Below, piece after piece: positions 9,941-20,700 of a DNA stretch of 64,000 nucleotides (within the stretch, counting starts at the first letter, position 1; each line of letters starts with the position of its first letter). The DNA is taken from positions 1 to 64,000 of IMG/VR virus record IMGVR_UViG_3300028920_000047; one strand, 5' to 3'. The position numbers were made by a program, and so were the translations under genes. Source of the DNA: a virus. The notes below the pieces were generated by a model. The model saw only the letters and a program-made list of their open reading frames with translations, searched no databases and was not told where the DNA came from.

Positions 9941-12900
9941 TTATATTTCCTCTTCCATATCTGACGGCACTCTTGAGCCAGGCTCATTAACTGGTAAAGC
10001 TTGTTGAGATTCGCCGGTATCATATGGTTCTATTATTTCATTTTCAATAAGCTCAGCAAATTGGTCCTGACTGAAATATACTTTCTCACCTTCAACAGAA
10101 ATTTCTACATAAGTAGCCGGTACTTCCTCAAGTTCATTATTGTCATCAAAACCTAATACATCGTCACCCAACAATTCGGGTTCAACCAATATATCATTCT
10201 TTTTATCTTCTATATCATTTCTATCAATAACTGGATATTCATCACCCGCTGTAATATTACCGACCTCTTTTTTTATCCGCTTTTCGAGCTCAATATAATC
10301 ATCATCTTCAAGCTCATTATTATTATCATATTCAGAGCCAGATAATTCGTCTACAAATCTCTGTATAATGGAAATCAATTTTTCATCACCTAATGCTTGA
10401 ATAAGTTCTGGATTATTGGCGAATATTGATATAACTTTTTTATCAACACTATCTAAATCATTATACGATTTTTTATCATAATGCCAGGCATAAAACTTTC
10501 CTAACAATTTTGATATAAACCCTTCTTTTTTCAATCTCTGATTTTTGATTTGTTCAGTTAACTTATCAAATATTGTTTTAGCCCACTGTTTAAAGTCTAA
10601 AGCTTCACCACCCATTTCTGCCATATCGTTTTTATATTCCTGATAATTTGTTTTTAAATTTTTATCAGTTTTATATTTATCAAACCATTCAGTAAAAGAA
10701 TCGCCGTTTGGTACCCAGGTTTTGACCCATTCACCTTCTTTAATAGATTTTGATTCACCTATTAAATTTACATTACACTTTGGACATTTTATTTCATTAC
10801 AAGGTTCCCCTTTTTTATGTACTTCTTTATATCCACATTCCGGACATACGCAGGTAATAGCTCCTCCATCACCTTGTCGGCGTCCACCTTTTCCTAAACC
10901 TTGACCACGGCCTTCCTTTTTGGCTTTATGACCTATACCCATTAACTCATCACTATCCTGAATAGGTGATAAGTTGTAATCAATACCCTCTTCTTCCATG
11001 CGTTTAAATAATTGTAACGCTTCATATTGGTCAAGTATTATTTTAACAACCGGTATCTGCTGGTTTTCATTTTGTTTTTTATAAGCTCTAACTCGATGAT
11101 GTCCGTCTAATATAAAATTATCTTCACTTATAAAAACAGGAGTGGTAAAATTTTCTTCACCTGATTCAATAGCTTTATAAATATTATCAACTTTTTCCTG
11201 CACAAAATCTTCCTGACTTGGTTTCAGGTCGGAAACCTTAGCTATTGTCTCCTTGTACTGAATTGCTAAATTATCTAAAATCTTTTTAGCAGCATGCCAT
11301 TCTTTATCCCTGATTTGAGAAATTTGATTACGTTTAAGTTCAGTCTTTTCACTAAACCCATCTTCCTGCTCTTCCTCATCTTCTTCAATTTCTTCTTCCG
11401 GACCAGAACTTTCCACATTATCCACTATAAAGGTCTGACCCTCGGCCACTAACTGTTCTATATAATTATCAAGCTGTGTTTTTGATACAATTTCTCCTTC
11501 CGGCGCTTTACCGATTCTATAAATATCTTCATTAGCTATAAACTGGTCGCCATCATTTACTTCCAATATTTCATCTTCCTCAATATCTTCTTCCGGTTCC
11601 ATAGGTTCTTCAGCTACCGGGTCACTAAATTCATCAATATCTTCATCCTGTTCTTTTTTTAACTTTTTTTTCTCAACTTCTAAACCTACATCCATTAATA
11701 TTGTATCAGTTAACTCCCCGCCGGGAAAAGCGGCATCTAAATTATCTGTTAATTCTTTTAAATTGGTAGCAGACAAAACACCAGTTTTTGCCTTATCGAA
11801 ATCCGCTTTTTTTGGAAAAGCGGTTGAATCAGATTCCCATTCCGGGTCATCTTCTAATATTGATTCATATTCTTGATTAAGTCTGTTAATTACTTTATTC
11901 TTGATACTTTTACTAACCGTTTCTTTTAACTTTTTTTTCTCAACCGGCGTTAATTTCGGAACCCTATTTACATCCACCGACGTCTGATTTAATGTTGGGG
12001 GTTCCTCCCCAGGTCTTGGTAGTCTGGTCTTAGGTTCAAGATTGGCGTTTATAACCACACTATCAATATTCATAAATTCATCAAGCGTATTGATTTGAGT
12101 ATCAAGTTTATTAAAAATATTTTCCCATTCATTTTTAGAATAACTACTTCTGGCTATTTCCGTTGAACCGTATTTAGATAAATTATTGAAATCAGTCGGT
12201 AATAAACAAAACTGTGCCGGTTTAAGCTGGTTTTCTCTAAATGATTTTTCTTTTAATGTTGCTTTAGCATCTTTAGCGTTAGGATTATCTATCATGAACT
12301 TCTCCAAAGCTTGTCGAACATTTTCCGCTTCTACTGTTTTAGAGCATTCCTGACCATCCTGGTCGATATAATCTATTATAATTGTCGCCTCGTTTAAACC
12401 CATTAACTCATCACTGCCCTGAATAGGTGATAAATTGTAATCAATTTCTTTAAACAATTTATCTAAAACCCTTTTAACATATTCAACTCTTTTTACATTA
12501 TTTAAAAGTACACCTTTTTCAGTTTTTTTAAATCCCTGGATATGTCCAATTTTTTTCAATTTACTTAAACAATAACGAATTGGTACAACATTTTTAACTT
12601 TAGCAAAAGATAAAACATAATTACTTTCCTGCTTTATACCCTTTTTGCCAGGTATACCAATTCCCATAAGCTCATCAGAACCGGACATTGGGCTTAGATT
12701 GTAATCTACCTCATAAATCTTCATATCAATATCCCTAAGCTCTTTTTCCAACTCTTTTAATCTACTTACCGGGCCAATAGCAGTTATACTATTATCTTCA
12801 AAATTTTCTTCTAATTTACAATCCTGATAACGGTACATAATATTAACAAACACTTCGTTCATTACGCCCTCAAATACCAGTTTACCCGATTCCTTTGATA

Positions 12901-13204
12901 CTTTAGATTCTTTAAAAGTGTGGTATTTATCATCCTGTTCATCAATCATTCGTACAATGGTTTTACCCGCTGCTGCTAATACTATAAATTTTTCACTGCC
13001 AAAGAATCCTTTACCCTCATTAAAACTATCAATAAGATTTTTAGCGTATTTATCACTATCAAACTTTTGTACCTTATCATATTTATTAGCCACTTTTTTA
13101 AGAGTATATACTTTACCCTCAAATTTTAACTTTTCGCCCGGTATCAATTTTTGTTTTGGTTCAATCTTTTTATTGAACTCTTTGAAAAATCCTTTTGTAC
13201 TCAT
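9941..13204 (-). CDS. Large acidic multi-module protein with ParB/Srx-like domain, Cys-rich Zn module and triple peptide repeat
   Basis: LKPSQ...ILDGHHR (ParB-N-like); CVCPECG..H..GEPC..IKCPKC; DYNLSP...SDELMG three times. Confidence 0.75.
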   Translation of the reverse strand: MSTKGFFKEFNKKIEPKQKLIPGEKLKFEGKVYTLKKVANKYDKVQKFDSDKYAKNLIDSFNEGKGFFGSEKFIVLAAAGKTIVRMIDEQDDKYHTFKESKVSKESGKLVFEGVMNEVFVNIMYRYQDCKLEENFEDNSITAIGPVSRLKELEKELRDIDMKIYEVDYNLSPMSGSDELMGIGIPGKKGIKQESNYVLSFAKVKNVVPIRYCLSKLKKIGHIQGFKKTEKGVLLNNVKRVEYVKRVLDKLFKEIDYNLSPIQGSDELMGLNEATIIIDYIDQDGQECSKTVEAENVRQALEKFMIDNPNAKDAKATLKEKSFRENQLKPAQFCLLPTDFNNLSKYGSTEIARSSYSKNEWENIFNKLDTQINTLDEFMNIDSVVINANLEPKTRLPRPGEEPPTLNQTSVDVNRVPKLTPVEKKKLKETVSKSIKNKVINRLNQEYESILEDDPEWESDSTAFPKKADFDKAKTGVLSATNLKELTDNLDAAFPGGELTDTILMDVGLEVEKKKLKKEQDEDIDEFSDPVAEEPMEPEEDIEEDEILEVNDGDQFIANEDIYRIGKAPEGEIVSKTQLDNYIEQLVAEGQTFIVDNVESSGPEEEIEEDEEEQEDGFSEKTELKRNQISQIRDKEWHAAKKILDNLAIQYKETIAKVSDLKPSQEDFVQEKVDNIYKAIESGEENFTTPVFISEDNFILDGHHRVRAYKKQNENQQIPVVKIILDQYEALQLFKRMEEEGIDYNLSPIQDSDELMGIGHKAKKEGRGQGLGKGGRRQGDGGAITCVCPECGYKEVHKKGEPCNEIKCPKCNVNLIGESKSIKEGEWVKTWVPNGDSFTEWFDKYKTDKNLKTNYQEYKNDMAEMGGEALDFKQWAKTIFDKLTEQIKNQRLKKEGFISKLLGKFYAWHYDKKSYNDLDSVDKKVISIFANNPELIQALGDEKLISIIQRFVDELSGSEYDNNNELEDDDYIELEKRIKKEVGNITAGDEYPVIDRNDIEDKKNDILVEPELLGDDVLGFDDNNELEEVPATYVEISVEGEKVYFSQDQFAELIENEIIEPYDTGESQQALPVNEPGSRVPSDMEEEI

Positions 13205-13253
13205 TATAAATTACCTCGCTTTTAAAAATTTAATATTTTTCCCATACTCATTC

Positions 13254-13721
13254 TCATTTATTTTTTTCGAACTCAGTTTTAGCCAACTGTTGTACTCTTT
13301 TTATAGCTGCATCCAAATAGTCAAATAATGTATCATCACCAACAACATCATAATATTTGTCCTTTAATTGATTTACAGCGCTGATAAATTGTTCTATCTC
13401 TTCACTATTACCGATTGACCAGGTTCCTTCTTTTTTTAGTTTTTTCTCGAACACAGCCTTTAGATATTTCTCCGTTTGGCCGTCAGGATATTGAAAAGTT
13501 ACTGTTGTATCATCCAGCTCTATTATTTTTACTTTTGCTTCTTTACCGGTTAATGAACTTTGAGCTGGTAAGGTTATAATTTTATCAAGTGTCAACTTTT
13601 GCTTTTTAATATCAGCATCACCGCTTTGTAACTCTTCCTTACCTGCGTCTGTATCCGGTTTAGGGGTTTTAGTTTCTTTCTCATAAACAGCTTTACCTTT
13701 TTTCTTAAATCTTATTTTCAT
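13254..13721 (-). CDS. Hypothetical head-cargo-like protein
   Basis: KKLKKEG motif divides two apparent modules. Confidence 0.55.
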   Translation of the reverse strand: MKIRFKKKGKAVYEKETKTPKPDTDAGKEELQSGDADIKKQKLTLDKIITLPAQSSLTGKEAKVKIIELDDTTVTFQYPDGQTEKYLKAVFEKKLKKEGTWSIGNSEEIEQFISAVNQLKDKYYDVVGDDTLFDYLDAAIKRVQQLAKTEFEKNK

Positions 13722-13737
13722 AATTACCTCACCTTTT

Positions 13738-15579
13738 TTATATTATTTTATCAACAATACCATACTCTACTGAATCATCGGCTGACATCCAATAATCACG
13801 TTCAATATCTTTTTCAATCTTTTCTGTGGTATGTCCACAAGCTTCAGCCAAAATATTAACAATTTGTTTCTTTAATCTTTTAGTCTCTTTTAACTCAATT
13901 TCCTGGTCGGTAGCTGATTCCATGGAAAAGAATTTAAAAGTAGCTATATCATGGATTAAAATCCTACTATGTTCGGTAATATATCTTTTACCTTTAGTAC
14001 CACAAGCAAGTAAAATTGCCCCCATTGAGGCAGCTTGCCCAATACAAATAGTCTTGATTTCACACTTACATCTTCTCATCACGTCTATTAAAGCCAGACC
14101 AGACACCACGGCACCGCCAGGACTGTTTATATATAACTCAATAGGTTTTTTAGGATTTTCAGCTTCTAATAATAATATATCCTGCATCAGCCTATTTACA
14201 CTATCACTATACACACCATCTACAAAAAACAATTTTCTATTTTTACGTAATTTTTCTTCGGTCGTCATTTCTTTTTCTTCTTCATAAGTTTTTTCTACTT
14301 CCGTTACCAACTGTTCATTAAATAATTTTTTTTCAGCCGCGGCCCTTACTGTTTCTTTAATATTATGGTCTCTCATTAGCTGGTCAAGTCTTTGTATAGC
14401 ACTGATAATATCATCGGTAGAAGTATGTCTTATATCCTGAATATTAGCGGTACTATTCATTACTTCATCAACCTGCGGTTCTAATGCTGAATAGTTTTCG
14501 ATTATATTATCAGCCTTATCTATTAGTAAATCAATCAATTTACGACGGCTATATTTACTATAACTATATTTACCTTCTTTTTTTAAAGGTTCGTCTGCTA
14601 CCAATGTATGAACCTCGGCGTTTGGGGTCAATTCGTAGTTATAAATCTTACCGGTTTTGTGGTTAACCAGGTTCCATTTATTATCAATATCAACAATGAT
14701 TAACTTTGTTGGGTCTACCTTATCTAAACTTTGTTCTAATTCTGAAGGTATTTCAAGCTGCATATAACTTTTGCCGTAATCAACATTTTGTGGTTCACCC
14801 TTTACTTTTATAATAACATCTTTATCATTTACTTTAGTGGTAAATGATGTATAAGGTGCTGGTGTTACTTTTGGGTTTTCTTGAGGCCCACGAGCATCTT
14901 GGGACGGTTCTTCATAATCTTTAGGTGTATCCTGTTTTACATCTTTTTCAATAATACCACGCCTCTTTAAAATCTTTTTTATTTTTTCGCTCATACCTTC
15001 TTCGCCTCCTAAAATTAAATCACCATTATCATTTTTTTTAATATTTTTAGCCATTTGTTGCATTGTTTCAAACGCATCTTCGTAATCATCGGTATAATAA
15101 GATTTTTCTTCGTCAATCTTATCGCCCTCTATCCACTGTATAACCCATTCATCCCGCTCTTTATTCCTTACCATTTTTAAAGTTATATCGTTTATAGTTA
15201 TTTTTTTATCAGTACTCTCTTTAATAAATTTACCATTTAAATTTTTCATTTTTACTAACCTCTTATCCGTATACCAAAATACATAATTAAAATTAGTTAT
15301 ATTTTTGTTAATATATCTCAATACCTTTCGCCAATCGTTTTCTAATGTTTCGTTATTTGAATATATTTGTATTTCACTTTCATCTTTTTTAACTCGTAAA
15401 GCAATTTCACCAAGTCTAATTAAATCCTTACGATTACCTTTTTGTATTCGGGTTGAATAACTGCTATGGGTATCATCCGGGTGTAATTCTATTGTTCGAT
15501 AAGTATCACCTACCGGTGTTAAAAAGTATCCATCATAATCTTTTGATACATACTGGTCCCAATTAAACATTTTCCACAT
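13738..15579 (-). CDS. clpP: Multi-module protein with C-terminal ClpP protease domain
   Basis: LYINSPGG, QAASMG (Ser), ILIHD (His), ERDYWMSA, EYGIVDKII. N-terminal extension of about 430 aa. Confidence 0.9.
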   Translation of the reverse strand: MWKMFNWDQYVSKDYDGYFLTPVGDTYRTIELHPDDTHSSYSTRIQKGNRKDLIRLGEIALRVKKDESEIQIYSNNETLENDWRKVLRYINKNITNFNYVFWYTDKRLVKMKNLNGKFIKESTDKKITINDITLKMVRNKERDEWVIQWIEGDKIDEEKSYYTDDYEDAFETMQQMAKNIKKNDNGDLILGGEEGMSEKIKKILKRRGIIEKDVKQDTPKDYEEPSQDARGPQENPKVTPAPYTSFTTKVNDKDVIIKVKGEPQNVDYGKSYMQLEIPSELEQSLDKVDPTKLIIVDIDNKWNLVNHKTGKIYNYELTPNAEVHTLVADEPLKKEGKYSYSKYSRRKLIDLLIDKADNIIENYSALEPQVDEVMNSTANIQDIRHTSTDDIISAIQRLDQLMRDHNIKETVRAAAEKKLFNEQLVTEVEKTYEEEKEMTTEEKLRKNRKLFFVDGVYSDSVNRLMQDILLLEAENPKKPIELYINSPGGAVVSGLALIDVMRRCKCEIKTICIGQAASMGAILLACGTKGKRYITEHSRILIHDIATFKFFSMESATDQEIELKETKRLKKQIVNILAEACGHTTEKIEKDIERDYWMSADDSVEYGIVDKII

Positions 15580-16426
15580 CTCTCCTAATATCTTTATATT
15601 GTTTTAATTTCAGAATATACCCGGTTTTGTCTAACATTTTATAAATCATATTTTGTATACTTTTATTACCTTTACCTAAACCTCCGTGAAGCTCAAGTTC
15701 TTCACCGGCGTAAGCACCACTACGTAAATCCTTTAACATTTTCTTTTGTAAGAATAAAGCATCTAAATCACTTTTTAGTTCCTCCTGTTTTTGAGCTATC
15801 CTTGTTTCTATTTCATCTTTTTCCCACTCTTCTGCATAATTTAGATAATCCTGGTACATTTCTATTTCCGCTTTATCGGCTTCATACTCCTGTATCCTAT
15901 CATCTATACCACTCATAAATATTTTAGCTATTTCCATTATATGGGATACCGGCGGTTTAATCTTTTCATATTCGGGTTTTTCTATCCACTTATTATTTAA
16001 CAAATCATAGACCGAACCCTTACCAACACTACCAACAAATTCATCACCTACATGAGCATAATATTCTATACGATGGCCGGTATCGGCTAAATTCTCCTGC
16101 GGGCCAGCGGTTACTAATCTTACCGCCTCTTCTACCTCATCGTCAGCTACTTCAATATGTATATCTATATCAGTACTATCATTATATTGATATCCTGTAT
16201 TAGAACCGGTAAAATGAACATTAACTATTTTATCTTTCATTCGCTCTGGCAAATCTTTAAATATAGGATTTAATAATTCTTCTCTTACTTCCGGTTTTAT
16301 CGTCATATCATCATTCCAAATAGCCGGGTTTAATTCCTTATGTACCGGGTCTAAAATTGATTCCATTTTTAACTTTGGTATCTTACTATTTCTTATTTGA
16401 TTAAATTTTCTAAAAAATTCCTTCAT
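15563..16426 (-). CDS. Pol-beta-superfamily nucleotidyltransferase
   Basis: HFTGSN..YQY...DIDIHI (GS + DxD); GSVYDLLNNKWI. Confidence 0.8.
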   Translation of the reverse strand: MKEFFRKFNQIRNSKIPKLKMESILDPVHKELNPAIWNDDMTIKPEVREELLNPIFKDLPERMKDKIVNVHFTGSNTGYQYNDSTDIDIHIEVADDEVEEAVRLVTAGPQENLADTGHRIEYYAHVGDEFVGSVGKGSVYDLLNNKWIEKPEYEKIKPPVSHIMEIAKIFMSGIDDRIQEYEADKAEIEMYQDYLNYAEEWEKDEIETRIAQKQEELKSDLDALFLQKKMLKDLRSGAYAGEELELHGGLGKGNKSIQNMIYKMLDKTGYILKLKQYKDIRRDVENV

Positions 16427-16452
16427 TATTTATCATACCGGCCTTAATATTT

Positions 16453-17541
16453 TTAAACTTTTGACCACAAAGGTATTATTTCACTAACATCTTTCAACTT
16501 CTTATTTTCATTTTGTTGATTTTGTACAAAGTTTATATCAAAATTTTCCTCTAAACATTTATACACCTTATCAGCTGTTTTGTCATATTCGGGAGCTACA
16601 TCAACTAACAAATCATATCCGCCGGCCATATTGCCCTGTATATACAAATGAACTTCGTGGTCAGTAAATTCAGGTATGTCGCCGGTTAATTGTTCCATTA
16701 TTAACTCCCAGGCTTGCCAATCTTCTACATGTTCACCATTTATTTCCGCATAATCAATACCTTGCCCACTCATTTTGATATGGTCAGTATAATAAAAAGT
16801 TATTTTAGATTTGTTATTCTCTTCTGGATAATAATCTTCGTCGGTTGAATTCATTGCCCAACTCATTTCATCTTCCTCTTTTTTTACCTTTTTGTTTTCA
16901 CGTAAAAAATAATTATTACTTATTTGTACAACTTCATCAGATGTTAAATCCTTTATATTATGTTGCCAGGCAAAATTGTTAACAAAATTAGGACTGGCTT
17001 CGTCGGTTAAAACTTCTTCTTTTCTCATCATTTGTATAATTTTATCTATTACATTCTGTCTTATATTCTGTTCTTTTTTCATTTTTTTCTTATCATATAT
17101 ACCTACGAAGTCTTCTTCATCTTCATCCGTTTCACGGCTATCTTCCTTTCCTGCGACAAATATATGACTACGATGTGGATATTTACTCCAGCTTTCACCG
17201 TTCCAATAATCAGTACCACCGAAATAACTATAGTATACCTCACCATCAGTATCAGCAACAAAAATAACCTGTATATCTTCAGCGGTAGGATTATCATTCC
17301 ACATATTATCTATTTGTTCAGCCAAACCATTAACGAAGTCATCATTTTTAAACTCTTCACAACTTTGTTCAATCATATTTATAATTTCATCAGGCTCATC
17401 ACCATCAAAAGTTCGTTCAAACTCCATAAAGATATCGTTTACAATTCTTTTAGCTTCTTCACGAGCTTCATTACTTGCACTTTCTTTTATAACTCTTCTC
17501 TTCTTTTCCCAAAACTTTTTAAAATAATTTTTAACCGTCAT
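16453..17541 (-). CDS. Acidic multi-module putative head-cargo protein
   Basis: Shared N-terminal leader; VIKES, KKMKKEQ and KKVKKEE motifs. Confidence 0.6.
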   Translation of the reverse strand: MTVKNYFKKFWEKKRRVIKESASNEAREEAKRIVNDIFMEFERTFDGDEPDEIINMIEQSCEEFKNDDFVNGLAEQIDNMWNDNPTAEDIQVIFVADTDGEVYYSYFGGTDYWNGESWSKYPHRSHIFVAGKEDSRETDEDEEDFVGIYDKKKMKKEQNIRQNVIDKIIQMMRKEEVLTDEASPNFVNNFAWQHNIKDLTSDEVVQISNNYFLRENKKVKKEEDEMSWAMNSTDEDYYPEENNKSKITFYYTDHIKMSGQGIDYAEINGEHVEDWQAWELIMEQLTGDIPEFTDHEVHLYIQGNMAGGYDLLVDVAPEYDKTADKVYKCLEENFDINFVQNQQNENKKLKDVSEIIPLWSKV

Positions 17542-17545
17542 TGTT

Positions 17546-17776
17546 TTAACTCCTTACATCTAAATATAAACCTTTTAATAGTTTAAAATTTCTAACACCG
17601 GAACTGGTGCTAACCGGTCCCTTGTTTATATGATTAACACTTAATTTCTTATTTGTATTTGATACATTTTTTACAGCCTGTACTACAGTTTCGTTTTTTG
17701 GTAATACCTCAGATGCTTTCATTATCATTAAATTATTAAAACTTCCTTTTATACCAATATTACCTACTACATTCAT
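17546..17776 (-). CDS. Hypothetical protein
   Basis: 76-aa ORF overlapping the upstream stop codon. Confidence 0.45.
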   Translation of the reverse strand: MNVVGNIGIKGSFNNLMIMKASEVLPKNETVVQAVKNVSNTNKKLSVNHINKGPVSTSSGVRNFKLLKGLYLDVRS

Positions 17777-20700
17777 GCTAACCTTTTCTCCTTATTATAA
17801 GCCCGGCCTTTAGGCAACTCTTTACCCTGCATTTTTAAAATACGAGCAAAAGTTCGATAAAACTCATCATAATGCTGCTCCGCTGCTTTTAGATTTTTTT
17901 CAAACTCTTCCTTAGGTATTAAATAATTACCCTCGTCGTCTAAATATTTTTCGTCAAAATAAGTTTCTATATCCATATACAAATGAGCTAACACCGGGTA
18001 ATCAATATGAACCTGATTAATAGCATTATCTATGGCAATACTTAACTTGTTTGTATCATTTTTTTGTATAGCCTGGGACAATTCATCTCTATTGGCCTTA
18101 AAATCATTTATTACTTTACCTTCACCTTCATCCCATCTTATACTGCCAGGATAATCCTTATACCATTGTAAATAATCGTCAAAATAGTATAACAAATCAT
18201 TAGCTATTTTAAACAAATCGACTTTATCCGGCATCAGCCCCATTTCATAATCTCTATATATTTTGTTTAAAGTTTTAAAATCGACAGTAGCAGCGCGTTC
18301 TTTTTTTAACTTCTTTTCACTTAACTGGTCCAAAGTTTGTCTTCCTCCTTCAACCCATTCATCGCCATAATCAATTCTATCGTGAGCAAAATTTATAAAC
18401 TGGTCGAGCGCTGTCATTTTTTCTTTATTTGTTTTAGCGTAATACATTAAATTATCCCAAAGTATAATACCTGGGCCACTATCATAAAAACTAAATAACA
18501 TATCAGTATTATCTTTTTTAATATCACTGGTTATGTTATATGTTTGTTCCCAAATGTTAAAATGTTCTCTCTCTTCTTCGTTGGTTAAATTATTATAATA
18601 ATCTTTAAATTGTTTCACATTATTTATAAAATTACTTAAATTTCTGTAAATAGTTTTTATAATTAGGTCTAATAATTTTTCATCTATATAACCTTCAGCT
18701 TCTTTTTTATATAATCTTTGTAACCAGTTTTTCTTAATAAACCCGGTATCAGTGGATAAATCCAAACTTTCAGTCCATTCCCATAACTCTTGTGGTGATA
18801 AATGTTTCTGTTCCTTTTTTAATTTTTTCTGTTCATTTAAATCCTCTATATCCACATCAACTAAACTACTGCCGGTATCTATTTTAACTACATTAACGTC
18901 AACATTTTTTACAACGCCGGGCTTATTGGCTTCAGAAGAATATTTTGCCATATTAGGAATAGTAATTTCGTCCCCTATTTCATATTCTTTTTTAAAACCT
19001 TTTTGTTTTCTTACACTGTCCCAGTTAATTATATTTATAGCATCCTCCAATTCCTGTGAACTATAACCCGATATATCTACGTTTAAATTACTTGCTGTAT
19101 AATAAATCGCTTTTTCTTTTGCATGGGCAACATTTTTTATCTTGGCATACTGCTTTAATATATCATCCCCATATATCATAACGAAATCCTTTATAGTACT
19201 GCTTCCACCAGATGTTTTTTCTTTTACCTTAGGCCAATTGATTAAAGCCGCCAATTTATCATATTTATAATTTTCTGTTCCCGATAATCCTTGGCTCATT
19301 TCATTAGCAGTTGCAAATATTGCGTCCATTTTATCCTCAATTGTGTTGGAGTAATCATGTATGTGCCAGAACTCGAGTATCTGGTCTTCATATTTTTTAA
19401 TAAAAGAAGCAATATCCATCGTTCGATTTGTTGAAACAATACCTACATAATGCCCGGACAACGAAGGATTGTGGGCACAATAACTACGCAATGAATCATT
19501 AACCTCATCATACCAGTCCGGGTCGTTCTTTTTTGAACCGTCGATAGTGACTATTACCTTTGTCCCGCCATCTACAATTTGTCCGACTTCTAAAGCCAGC
19601 TCGTGGTGCTTAATTGCGTTTTTTATTGTTTGTATATTATCTTCAGTAACAACCTTATCATCGAATATTAAGTAATATTCATTTTTCCATTCTTTAGCTG
19701 ATTTACCTTTTTCAACATTACTAAGAAATTCTTTTGCTGATATAATAAAATTATCGGCTTTATTTTGAGCCCAATGCGGTTTATTACCAATATATAATTT
19801 ACCAAAATTAACAATATCCAGTTTAATTAATGTATTATCTTTATAATCATTAAACATATCCCCTAAGTCTATTTCGGCTTCCGACCAGCCCCATTCGTAA
19901 TCATCTATTAATATTTCAACAATCTTGTTAAATTCCTGTTGAGTGGGAGTATGTATGAACACATTTTTACCACAATGTTCCTCAATTTCTTCAATAGCTG
20001 TAGGAAATGGGTTTTTTAATAAATCCTTTATCATGATTTCATTTTTTTCATTCTGTTCTAAAGACAGGGTTAAAAATTCACCATAAGATAATTTAGCTCT
20101 TTTTTCTTCATCATCGGATAATAAAAAAACATAATCATCATCATAATCATCAACGTTCATCAATATACCATTATATTCAATAATATTACCCATAGAATTC
20201 TTTATAATATCTTCTATATCTTCATCACTTAACTGTTCTTCTTCTTCCTTAGATTGAACATCCGGTTCAGAAATTTTTTCAATTTCAGAAGCATTAACAT
20301 ACCAACACGCTTTATCCTTCCCAACTATCTTTTTTCCATTATTTATATCAATTAAACCATTTCCATTATGCCCTGTATTGTAATTCTCAAATTCAACACA
20401 GATGGACTTCGAATCGTGTGCAATCGCAATTATTTTTCCAATACTATCAGTAGATGGTGCCATTTTATTCTTAGTAGACAACGACTTTAAAATTACCTTA
20501 TCACCTACTTTAAATTCTTCTTTCTTACCAACAACGTTTTGTTCGGGTTCAGGAGCAGTAATATTTACATCTTTTGAAAGTAGCTCAACTAATTCAAAAA
20601 AAGATATACGAGCTTCTTTAGTGATGAACAGGCCTTCCGGGTCTGTGTCGGTCATAAGAATGACTTTACCACCAGAAACCGGGTCAGAGTCAATACTATC

